This document shows, one piece after another, positions 49,930-58,765 of a stretch of 64,000 bases of DNA. Every line of letters begins with the position of its first letter. The stretch's first letter is position 1. Source of the stretch: Spirochaetota bacterium (GTDB taxonomy: Bacteria; Spirochaetota; UBA4802; UBA5550); contig CAXXHB010000002.1 in the NCBI GenBank assembly GCA_963664815.2, forward strand, positions 32,001 through 96,000. Direction: 5' to 3'. The notes under the pieces were generated by a model. The model saw nothing but the letters and a program-made list of their open reading frames with translations. It was not told the origin of the DNA and made no database searches. Made by a program: the position numbers and the translations under genes.

Positions 49930-50925
49930 TTACCACATTCTGCTCATATACGGATACGGATTTATAGGAATATCACCTAGCCTGATTTCGTAGTGGCAGT
50001 GATTACCTGTAGCATTTCCGGTCATACCGACAAAGCCTATTCTGTCACCTTTATTTACTTTTGCTCCTTTGCCAACAGCTACAGAACTCATATGCCCGTA
50101 AATAGTCTCATAACCAAATTTATGCTGAACTCTGACTGCTTTTCCATATCCCCCCATAAATCCTGACGATAATACAACACCTGGAGCGGTTGCTCTTATT
50201 ACAGTTCCGGCTGAAGCGGCAATATCTATACCAGTATGAAAATCCCTCCCATGCCCGAAAGGGGATCTTCTCCATCCAAAGAGCGAGGAGATGTGACCTG
50301 GATTTGGAATAATTGACGGCATATCCTGAATTACCTTGCTTCGCACATCAATAAAATTCTTGATAGTTTTGATAGTACTCGTTGTACTCATCAAATCCTT
50401 CTGAACCTCTTTCATTGCAAAAACTTCATCAGGGACTATCCTTTTATTTTTAAGAAGACCTTCCATTACTTCATGATCAAAATCCTTGTATGCCCAGATA
50501 TCCCCAATTTCGTCCGTACCTGCTGCGAGCTGATATAAATCCTCTATTTCCGGCTTAAGATCATCCATTATATCTGTAATCTCATTCGTGAGCTGCTCAT
50601 ATTTTATCAGGTCAGTCCTTATATCGTTATAGGAAAGAAGAAGTTTTCTCTCCTCACTTTTAATATTTCTGTTTTTAATAACAGCATATGAAGATGTCAC
50701 AATGATAAAAATAAAAAGGCTCAGAAAAAAGACCATAATAAACTTTGATATCTGGAAGTTGAAAATCTTCTTTTCATTGTGAGGTATAAACATAACGGTC
50801 ATTTTTTCATGACCCTTTTCAACGAATTTTTTCCAGACCTTCTCCCATCTTTTCTTCAGAATGAAATAATTCTCATAAAATTTTCGCGACAGTTTATTGT
50901 GAAAATGTCTTATTCTAAATCTCAT
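49930..50925 (-). CDS. M23 family metallopeptidase with N-terminal TM and coiled coil
   Basis: SS.FGWR.SPF, HTGID, YGH, GNATGNHCHYE. Confidence 0.92.
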   Translation of the reverse strand: MRFRIRHFHNKLSRKFYENYFILKKRWEKVWKKFVEKGHEKMTVMFIPHNEKKIFNFQISKFIMVFFLSLFIFIIVTSSYAVIKNRNIKSEERKLLLSYNDIRTDLIKYEQLTNEITDIMDDLKPEIEDLYQLAAGTDEIGDIWAYKDFDHEVMEGLLKNKRIVPDEVFAMKEVQKDLMSTTSTIKTIKNFIDVRSKVIQDMPSIIPNPGHISSLFGWRRSPFGHGRDFHTGIDIAASAGTVIRATAPGVVLSSGFMGGYGKAVRVQHKFGYETIYGHMSSVAVGKGAKVNKGDRIGFVGMTGNATGNHCHYEIRLGDIPINPYPYMSRMW

Positions 50926-51322
50926 TTTATCTTTTTTTAACCTTATAATCTACTTTTATCTGTTATCTCTGTAAAACCTGTTTCAGCGATAAGAACTTCT
51001 TGTAATTACATAATACACTTTAAACTTCAGCAACTTAATAAATTACAAACTCATTATAGTATTATTACAAAAATTACTGATCAGGTTATCAATTCCGGAA
51101 CAGACCCACTCTTTTATACATTTTACGTCTTATATCTATATTTAGCAACAATTTTTCTTTTCAAAACAGACAAGTATTACCAACAGAATACAATAAGTGA
51201 AAACCGATATTCCCCTTCAGGCAGATTAGCGATGTACTTTTTATAATTTAAGAACCTGTCCTGTTGCACCGTCACCCTGGAAACGGTTTCTTTCAGAATG
51301 AAACGTTACCCCCAGGTTAATT

Positions 51323-52657
51323 CTAAAAAAGCAGGCTTATTACTTCGTTAATAGATGCCGTAGCAATTATTTCACCCTCAAATCCGGCTTTTTTACATTT
51401 ACTCAAATCTGCGGGTGATACATAAATTTTTTTGAATCCCGAATACCGGAACTCCTGAATCCGTTTTTCAATACCTGAAACCGGCCTTATATCTCCGGAA
51501 AGAGAAACCTCCCCTATAAAACCTGATCCATCTTCAACCCTTTTTTCTTTTAAACTCGATGCAATTGCAACAGCCACGGCAAGGTCTCCCGCAGTTTCAT
51601 TGATATTAAATCCACCGGAGACATTTATAAAAACATCAAAATTACTGAGTTTCAGCCCTGCATGTTTTTCCAGAACCGCACATATTATAATAAGCCTGTT
51701 AATGTCAAAGCCATCTGAAAGACGACGCGGATTTGAAAAGCTTGAAAATGTCACAAGCGCCTGTACTTCAAAGAGAATAGTTCTGCTCCCCTCAACCGCA
51801 GCTGATACTGCATTCCCCGGTGCAACGGAGAGAAATGGATTCAGAAATATTTTATTTTTGTCCTTAACCTCTTCGAGTCCGGATTCAGTCATTCTGAAAA
51901 GACCAAGTTCATTTACCGAACCATACCTGTTTTTGAATGCCCTCAGAACGCGGTAGTCTTTCGAAAAATCACCTTCAAAGTAAAGGACGGTGTCAACTAT
52001 ATGCTCAAGAAGCTTAGGCCCGGCAATATTCCCGTCCTTTGTTATGTGACCTATCAGAACAACAGGAATTCCTTTCTTTTTTGCAAAATCAACAAGCCTC
52101 GAGGCAGATTCTCTCACCTGGCTCACTGACCCCATTATTCCCGGAATCTCCGCCGAGAAGATTGTCTGTATGGAATCAACTATAAGGCAACCAGGTGCTA
52201 TGCTCTCAGCAAGCTCAATAATATCATCAACTTCATTATTTACGGATATATAAATACATGACATATCTATTGATAACCGCTCACCTCTCTGCCTTATCTG
52301 AACCGGGGACTCCTCCCCCGAAATGTACAAAGCGTTCAGCTTTTCGGACACCTGCAATGCTAATGTTGATTTCCCTATTCCCGGCTCACCCCCGAGAAGG
52401 ATAACTGATCCGGGGACAACCCCTCCTCCGCAGACAAGATCAAATTCAGTAATTCCTGTTTTTCTCCTGATGGTTTTCTCTTTATCAATACTGCTGAGTA
52501 AAACAGCCGCAGGAGCTTCGCGAAGTCTTCTGCCGGCAGAAACCTCTGTTTTCTCGGAAATAGTGTTCCACTCGCCGCAGGAAGTGCACCTTCCATTCCA
52601 CTTTGAATAATCTGCACCGCAAGCGGTGCAGAAGAAAAAATCTGTCTTTTTTGCCAT
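51323..52657 (-). CDS. radA: DNA repair protein RadA/Sms
   Basis: C4 zinc finger, GGEPGIGKST, KNRYG, Lon-like C domain; start at MAKK (52657). Confidence 0.96.
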   Translation of the reverse strand: MAKKTDFFFCTACGADYSKWNGRCTSCGEWNTISEKTEVSAGRRLREAPAAVLLSSIDKEKTIRRKTGITEFDLVCGGGVVPGSVILLGGEPGIGKSTLALQVSEKLNALYISGEESPVQIRQRGERLSIDMSCIYISVNNEVDDIIELAESIAPGCLIVDSIQTIFSAEIPGIMGSVSQVRESASRLVDFAKKKGIPVVLIGHITKDGNIAGPKLLEHIVDTVLYFEGDFSKDYRVLRAFKNRYGSVNELGLFRMTESGLEEVKDKNKIFLNPFLSVAPGNAVSAAVEGSRTILFEVQALVTFSSFSNPRRLSDGFDINRLIIICAVLEKHAGLKLSNFDVFINVSGGFNINETAGDLAVAVAIASSLKEKRVEDGSGFIGEVSLSGDIRPVSGIEKRIQEFRYSGFKKIYVSPADLSKCKKAGFEGEIIATASINEVISLLF

Positions 52658-52658
52658 A

Positions 52659-53534
52659 TTATGGTTTCTGCTTGAAAAATAATTTTGAAGGGTCCTTTTC
52701 CAGTTTATTAAAAAGATCCTTGGCAGACTGCGATGCATCCTTCAGGTTATAATAAATTTCCTCGTCATTCATGAGTTTGCCAAGGCTCCCCCTCCCCTGT
52801 TCAAGTCTCTGTATAATTTTATTAAGATTACTTGATGTCTCGGACATATTCCTTATTGTGATTGATATATCCTGTTTATTTTTCTCTGTAAGACTTGCCA
52901 TGTTCCCGGTGAACCTGTTAAGCTGATCCATAAACTGTTTAGTCTGCTGTGAAAGAAGAAATATACTGGCTTTGGTTACAAGAACAGTCTGACGTATATC
53001 TCCCCTGTTATCGCTTGATATTGCATTAAGGTTTTCAACAAACTGTTTTGAGTTCTTGAAAATTTCAGCCAGAAGTTCTCCTCCGCTCTGATCCTGCATA
53101 AATCCCTGGAAAATAAGCATCATCTGGTCAAAGCTTGGAGGATCGATACCATAGACTTTATCCCCGTCTTTCAGAAAATTATCTACATTTATCGATGGAG
53201 GGACAAAGACATTTATATATTTACTGCCGATTATACCTTTTGTAAAAATTGCAAATTTTGTATCTCTTATAAGCCTGTATTTATTATCTATCCATACAAC
53301 TACTTCTGTTTTTTCACCCGACTGTCTGATTGCAGTGACTTGTCCGATTTTTATTCCCCCGGCAATATTTACAGGAGCTCCCACATCAAGATCATTTAAA
53401 AAACTGTAATATATTCCCAGTTCATAACCTGACCTTGCCACATTTATTTTGGCAAGGAGAGCTATCATAAGTATTAAAATGGTGAAACTTAATGTTACAA
53501 CAAAGCCGACTCTTGCTTCATTGTTAAGCTTCAT
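52659..53534 (-). CDS. MlaD/MCE family protein
   Basis: N-terminal TM after EARVG; LDVGAPV.I.G.IKIGQV, GIIGSKYI; helical tail with GSLGKLMND. Confidence 0.9.
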   Translation of the reverse strand: MKLNNEARVGFVVTLSFTILILMIALLAKINVARSGYELGIYYSFLNDLDVGAPVNIAGGIKIGQVTAIRQSGEKTEVVVWIDNKYRLIRDTKFAIFTKGIIGSKYINVFVPPSINVDNFLKDGDKVYGIDPPSFDQMMLIFQGFMQDQSGGELLAEIFKNSKQFVENLNAISSDNRGDIRQTVLVTKASIFLLSQQTKQFMDQLNRFTGNMASLTEKNKQDISITIRNMSETSSNLNKIIQRLEQGRGSLGKLMNDEEIYYNLKDASQSAKDLFNKLEKDPSKLFFKQKP

Positions 53535-53857
53535 AATCACCTCCATCAGTCAGAAGGAAAAAAGTTAAACGATCTTCTGACCTCACAAATATCAACTGTT
53601 TCACTATGACTTCATTTAATCAAATAAAAAATATAATTACTCCACACACGAAAATCGTTACTAAAGTCTTTCCTTATTTTTCAGCATCTGCTTTTACAGA
53701 ACCGGCAGCATTAACCACATGTTACACATGCATCAATTCAGCAATAAAATGAAGTTTTTGCAATCATTACATAATAATTTAAAATATATTATTGATTGTA
53801 ATAGAATTTTATATTTTATACAATAATTACTTATAACATTTTTAAAAGAGGTTTAAA

Positions 53858-54172
53858 ATGACTGAATGTATGATTTATATAACGACAAACTCCGAAGAGG
53901 AAGCGGAAATTATTGGAAGAAACCTTGTTTCAAGAAAACTTGCCGCCTGTGTAAATATTATCAGCAACATGAAATCCATTTATCACTGGGAGGGAAAAAT
54001 CGAAAGCGCTGATGAAGTCGTTTTAATAGCCAAAACAAAGAAAGCTCTTATTAACGAAATCATAGAAAATGTTAAAACACTTCACAGTTACGAATGCCCC
54101 TGTATTGTCGCAATCCCTATAATCGGCGGAAATGAAGACTTTATAAAATGGATACGGGATGAAACAAAATAG
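53858..54172 (+). CDS. cutA: Divalent-cation tolerance protein CutA
   Basis: LAACVNI, SIYHWEG, HSYECPCI. Confidence 0.95.
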   Translation: MTECMIYITTNSEEEAEIIGRNLVSRKLAACVNIISNMKSIYHWEGKIESADEVVLIAKTKKALINEIIENVKTLHSYECPCIVAIPIIGGNEDFIKWIRDETK

Positions 54173-54272
54173 ACGGGTTGATGGGACGAAATAAGACACC
54201 ATTACTATTATTATTGACAAAGTTTCTGTATTTATTTCTTATGCAAAAGTAACTTAAAATCGGAGGATTCAG

Positions 54273-54371
54273 GTGGGAAAACAGTATAAGCCAATTATAA
54301 AACGAAAAAGAGCAAAAAGAAGATTAAAAAGAAAAAAACTGGCCTTAAAAGCTAAAATATCTGCAAAATAG
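54273..54371 (+). CDS. 32-aa highly basic small protein (not in the ORF track)
   Basis: GGAGG SD 6 nt before GTG; MGKQYKPIIKRKRAKRRLKRKKLALKAKISAK; TTGACA at 54214; ends in a palindrome. Confidence 0.7.
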   Translation: MGKQYKPIIKRKRAKRRLKRKKLALKAKISAK

Positions 54372-54408
54372 TGAAGTATATAAGGTAAATTTACCTTATA
54401 TACTTCAC
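54371..54408. repeat. 38-bp perfect zero-spacer palindrome joining two convergent stop codons
   Basis: GTGAAGTATATAAGGTAAA|TTTACCTTATATACTTCAC. Confidence 0.9.
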
Positions 54409-56979
54409 CGGATTAACCGGTAACGCTATACAACCATCACCGGTTATAACAAACGCGATATATCCAGGTTTTATATTTTCAGGAAACCCCTCTCCGGAAA
54501 AATCAAGCCAGTAGCCGCTGTTTTTATTTTCAGGAACATAAAGCAGAATCTTATTAATTAATTCACTCCCGCTTTTGATAAATGATATATATGATTTTAT
54601 TCCCAGTTTTTCAAGAATTGCTTTAGCCAGATGAGTTTTCTCCTCAACTGTACCCTTTCCGCTTGAAAGTACTCTTTCAATTTTATCCGGTCTTAAATTT
54701 ATATTCCCACTTTTTATAATTTCAGACATTACATAAAAATGAATACTTTTAAGTTTTTTTTCAAAGCTGTCACCTGCCGCGAATTCAGTATTTTTCTCTG
54801 CAGTGAATTGACCGGTAAAATCTGATATTTTTTTATACCATTCTGCAAAATTACGCTCTGAGGAAAATTTTGAGATTTTTGAGCTCACTCTCTCTTTTTC
54901 ACTCCTTGAGAATCTTTTGTTAACAATAAACCTGATTAATCCGTCAGAATACTTTACTGAGGAGACCTCCTCATTCTTATAAAAAACCCCTGGTAACAGA
55001 TCTCCATAACAGATTACCTCATAGTTTAATTCAGAAATTACTTCATTTTCAGCTTTGAGGGTCAGCTCATTTATAAAATTAAAAATTTCTTCCGGTTCTT
55101 GAGTATATTCCCCGGTATATTTAATTACTGAAAACTCTTCATCCCCATCGCTTTTATACTTCACTGTAATCCTCTTTTTATCAGTCAGCGATGTTGCAAA
55201 ATTAACAGAAACCGGAAGCCCATCCCTGGCTTTTACAACATATAGAACTTTAATACCCTTTATCCGGGGAATACCTGTTAATATTTCCCCTGAAGAAAAT
55301 TCACTCCCTCCGTTAATATATTTTTCACTGTGAAGTTTGCTCCCCCGGGGAATTATGTCCTCTCCCTCAATGACTACTCTTCCCGATTCAAAAACATGTA
55401 ATGTAATTTTCCTTTTCTTTTCGTACCATCTGAATTCGGGATGAAAATCCGTATAAAATCCTTTATAAAAATCATTACCGTCAAGTATTCCGTTCTCATA
55501 GATATCTGAAAGATCCCGCATCAATCCGGAGTATTCGTTAAGAGAATACCCCTTTTCCCAGTACATAACAGGATCGACCCCCGAATGCATTTCTGCCAGT
55601 CCTAAATTGTAGTAATAATATTCATCATCACTCCTCGAACTTCCTTCAATCAGTGTGCTTCTCCATAAATCATCATTCCCGGAAAGTTTTGTTACTTCAG
55701 AAAAAATATACCTGAAGCGCGGATTATTTTTAAAAAAGCTTCGAAGTTCATTGATCCCGGCATATTCTCTCATATCGCATAACATATAAACATATGATGC
55801 GGCCAGTTCTTCAGGCATATACACGGCAGGAATTAATTTAACAGTCGCCATAAACTTCTCACTGTTTCTCGTAAGATAAAAATCAGCCAGCCATATATTA
55901 TAAATATCTGAATCCGGAAATATATTGCGAAATTTTGCCATGCATGCATGAAACTCATCCTCCCGGTTCATAATATCAAGCAGCGGAATAAACTCTCTGT
56001 ATACATCAAAGTATGCGGGAAATTTTTCTGTAATTAATACACCCAGTTTATATCCTTCATTAAGTTTACCGGAGCTGATAAGTTCTTTCATCTTCAATGT
56101 GGACACTGAAGCGTCCGATGCAGGAAAGCTGTCAGATTCTCCTGATGTTAAAATCTTTTCAGATGTAAAGCTGTAATTAAAAACATTGCTGCTGTAACTT
56201 ATTTGTGCAGGAATAAAATTTTCATCAGTAATCAGTCCTCTTATGTATGGATGATGATTTTTGTCACCGCTCTGTGCCTTCAACTGTACGGTATATCCCC
56301 CTGCGCCACTTAAGGCAAATGCCATGATGGATTTACCTTCGCCTTTTCTCTTTGTAATTTCTTTTCCGTTTACTGTCAGCTTATACTCAGCATCAGATAT
56401 TATCCATAAAACAATATAACCTGAACAGGTAAAAGATGTAACAGCATATACTGTCTCATCAGTCCCATGATCCGGTTTAAACGAATAAAACAATCCTCCA
56501 TCATCTGTGGAAATATTTTTCATCTTCTCCATATCTTTGAGTTTATACACTCTCTCCGGCTGAAATTCATAATCAATATCAGCTTTGCCATATCTGCTCC
56601 ACGGCCCCGAAATATTCCATTTTTTAATAATTGAAAAATTCTTTTTACTTTCCGAGTAATTCCCATCCAGGTCATCGATTGAAAGCTTCAGAATCTGGCC
56701 CGATATGCTGTTTTTTCCGCTTTCTGATTCCAGCTTGTTTAAGGCTTTCCTGAATATTCCGGAGATTTCAGATCTCCCGACTGCCGGAGCAAGATTCATT
56801 AATATTGCTGTATAAAGCGGGACATTCCCGCCTGAAGGGTTCCTGACAATCTCCGAAGTAAGTTGTGCCGTGTAATCAATTGAATTATTTCCCGGTCTGA
56901 TAATATTTTCAGAATGAATAGTTTCGACGCCCTGCACTATCATTAAAAAAACAGATAAAAAAATAATAAAATATCTCAT
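54391..56979 (-). CDS. Exported protein with helical repeats and a C-terminal transglutaminase-like domain
   Basis: Signal peptide; WNISGPW beta-domain start; VLSSGKGTVEEKTHLAKAILEKLGI and YWLD transglutaminase-like core. Confidence 0.55.
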   Translation of the reverse strand: MRYFIIFLSVFLMIVQGVETIHSENIIRPGNNSIDYTAQLTSEIVRNPSGGNVPLYTAILMNLAPAVGRSEISGIFRKALNKLESESGKNSISGQILKLSIDDLDGNYSESKKNFSIIKKWNISGPWSRYGKADIDYEFQPERVYKLKDMEKMKNISTDDGGLFYSFKPDHGTDETVYAVTSFTCSGYIVLWIISDAEYKLTVNGKEITKRKGEGKSIMAFALSGAGGYTVQLKAQSGDKNHHPYIRGLITDENFIPAQISYSSNVFNYSFTSEKILTSGESDSFPASDASVSTLKMKELISSGKLNEGYKLGVLITEKFPAYFDVYREFIPLLDIMNREDEFHACMAKFRNIFPDSDIYNIWLADFYLTRNSEKFMATVKLIPAVYMPEELAASYVYMLCDMREYAGINELRSFFKNNPRFRYIFSEVTKLSGNDDLWRSTLIEGSSRSDDEYYYYNLGLAEMHSGVDPVMYWEKGYSLNEYSGLMRDLSDIYENGILDGNDFYKGFYTDFHPEFRWYEKKRKITLHVFESGRVVIEGEDIIPRGSKLHSEKYINGGSEFSSGEILTGIPRIKGIKVLYVVKARDGLPVSVNFATSLTDKKRITVKYKSDGDEEFSVIKYTGEYTQEPEEIFNFINELTLKAENEVISELNYEVICYGDLLPGVFYKNEEVSSVKYSDGLIRFIVNKRFSRSEKERVSSKISKFSSERNFAEWYKKISDFTGQFTAEKNTEFAAGDSFEKKLKSIHFYVMSEIIKSGNINLRPDKIERVLSSGKGTVEEKTHLAKAILEKLGIKSYISFIKSGSELINKILLYVPENKNSGYWLDFSGEGFPENIKPGYIAFVITGDGCIALPVNPVKYIR

Positions 56980-57186
56980 CCTTCAGGTTTCCCCTCAATT
57001 GTTTAAAATGTCATTTCTTTATTAAATCAGTACTTCATTATTAACATGTATACATTGTCATGGAAAATAATACAAGCAATGATTACCTGCACATCAGAGA
57101 TTCAGTTTCACAACAATCCAAAATCTGTTTGACAATTATTAATATTAACATTTTAAATAGTACAGAATAATTTTAAAAATAAATCT

Positions 57187-57663
57187 ATGTTAAAAATCTA
57201 CCCGCTATCTGAAAAAAAAACATTATATCCCATTCTCGCGTATTGGTCTTATAATAACTGGTACCTGCATAGAAATGTGCCCTTCAACCTTGTCCTTCAT
57301 GAATATAAAAAACGCGCTGATTTTGACGCTCTTCCATGTTCATTTATTGCTTTCTGGGGGGAGGTTCCCGTTGGCATGATTTCGATTAAAGAGACTGATA
57401 TGCTCAGGAGGCAGGATTTATCCCCCTGGTTGTCAGCGCTATACGTTTCGCCGGAACACCGGGAAAAAGGCATCGGCTCTGAACTGATCAGAACGGTGTT
57501 GAACTACTGCTACAGAAAGGGATTTAAAAGAATATATCTTTTCATTGACAGCCGATTTATGAATATACTTGAAAAATATTATGTGACAAGAGGCTGGATT
57601 TTTTTAGACGAGGATTTTGATTCAGACGGGAACAGAACAAAGATTCTCTTTCATGAAATATAA
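57187..57663 (+). CDS. GNAT N-acetyltransferase
   Basis: PWLSALYVSPEHREKGIGSELI; YYVTRGW. Confidence 0.9.
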   Translation: MLKIYPLSEKKTLYPILAYWSYNNWYLHRNVPFNLVLHEYKKRADFDALPCSFIAFWGEVPVGMISIKETDMLRRQDLSPWLSALYVSPEHREKGIGSELIRTVLNYCYRKGFKRIYLFIDSRFMNILEKYYVTRGWIFLDEDFDSDGNRTKILFHEI

Positions 57664-57696
57664 TCCCGTTCCCGATCCTGAATTAAATCAAAGAAA

Positions 57697-58410
57697 TCAA
57701 TGGTGATGGTCACCATGATGGTGGGAATCTCCCTCCCCATGATGATGGTGCTGCCCTTTTTTATGTTGTATCCCATGCTCAATATAACTTACCAGTTTTG
57801 CCATATTAGTCCCTTTAGTGGCTGAAACCTCCATAATTCCTGATTCCCTGTTAAGTTCACGCACCTGCCTGTAGAAAATATCCATATCGAAGTTTGTCGA
57901 TTCAATTATATCCATTTTATTGAGAACAATAAGGTCAGCTTTGCTGAACATTACCGGATATTTATGAGGTTTATCATGACCCTCTGATACAGACACAACC
58001 ATAATTACCTCGTCTTCTCCGAGAAAAAAGTCGGCCGGGCATACAAGATTTCCGACATTTTCAATAATAAGACAATCGATTTTATGAAGGTCAAAATCCA
58101 CAAGTGATCTTTCAACCATTGCAGCTTCAAGATGACAGAGGCTGTGAGTGTTTATCTGGTGTACATTTACGTTTAGCTTAGCCAGTCTGTCCGCATCAGC
58201 GGTACCCTGCATATCTCCCTCAATAACTGCTATCCTGTATTTTTTGGATAATTCAGGAATTACAGCCTCTAGAAGGCTTGTTTTACCGGCTCCCGGAGCG
58301 CTCATAAAATTCAGAACATAAATCTGATGATCATCCATATTCTTCTTTATATTTTCCGCAAGTTTATCATTCTGAGCAAGAAGGTCTTTTTCAAGTTCAA
58401 TGTAATGCAT
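57697..58410 (-). CDS. hypB: Hydrogenase nickel incorporation GTPase HypB
   Basis: SAPGAGKT, CHL, ENVGNLVCP, KYP.MF, NKMD; His-rich C-tail. Confidence 0.95.
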   Translation of the reverse strand: MHYIELEKDLLAQNDKLAENIKKNMDDHQIYVLNFMSAPGAGKTSLLEAVIPELSKKYRIAVIEGDMQGTADADRLAKLNVNVHQINTHSLCHLEAAMVERSLVDFDLHKIDCLIIENVGNLVCPADFFLGEDEVIMVVSVSEGHDKPHKYPVMFSKADLIVLNKMDIIESTNFDMDIFYRQVRELNRESGIMEVSATKGTNMAKLVSYIEHGIQHKKGQHHHHGEGDSHHHGDHHH

Positions 58411-58423
58411 TATTATTCTCCTG

Positions 58424-58765
58424 TTATTCTATATCTATCGAATCAACATACATCCTGTCGCCGGAAACTATTTTTACAGAAGTTGATCCGCATAAACTGC
58501 ATTTAAAAATATAATCCTCCATAACCGTTTCACTATTACACTTGCTGCATGAAAGAATTGTTTTTGTCGGCTTTATATTTATTTTCGCGTTTTCAAATAC
58601 TGACCCCTTTTTGGCAACCTCCATTGCAAATTCAAGAGCATCTGCAGAGACAGAACTGAACTCGCCTACAATTATGTTAACCTCTTTAACAACTGTTGCA
58701 CCGTTACTGGCTGCCGCCTCCTCAACTATTTCCCTTACGCTCATGGCAAGACTTAATTCATGCAT
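58424..58765 (-). CDS. hypA: Hydrogenase maturation nickel chaperone HypA
   Basis: MHELSLA start at 58765; CSKC...CSLC. Confidence 0.95.
   Translation of the reverse strand: MHELSLAMSVREIVEEAAASNGATVVKEVNIIVGEFSSVSADALEFAMEVAKKGSVFENAKINIKPTKTILSCSKCNSETVMEDYIFKCSLCGSTSVKIVSGDRMYVDSIDIE

Noticed and set aside
50926-51322. c-di-AMP (ydaO) or c-di-GMP riboswitch upstream of the M23 peptidase
   Set aside because: The conserved core sequences of these riboswitches were not found by eye; kept only as an unassigned structure.
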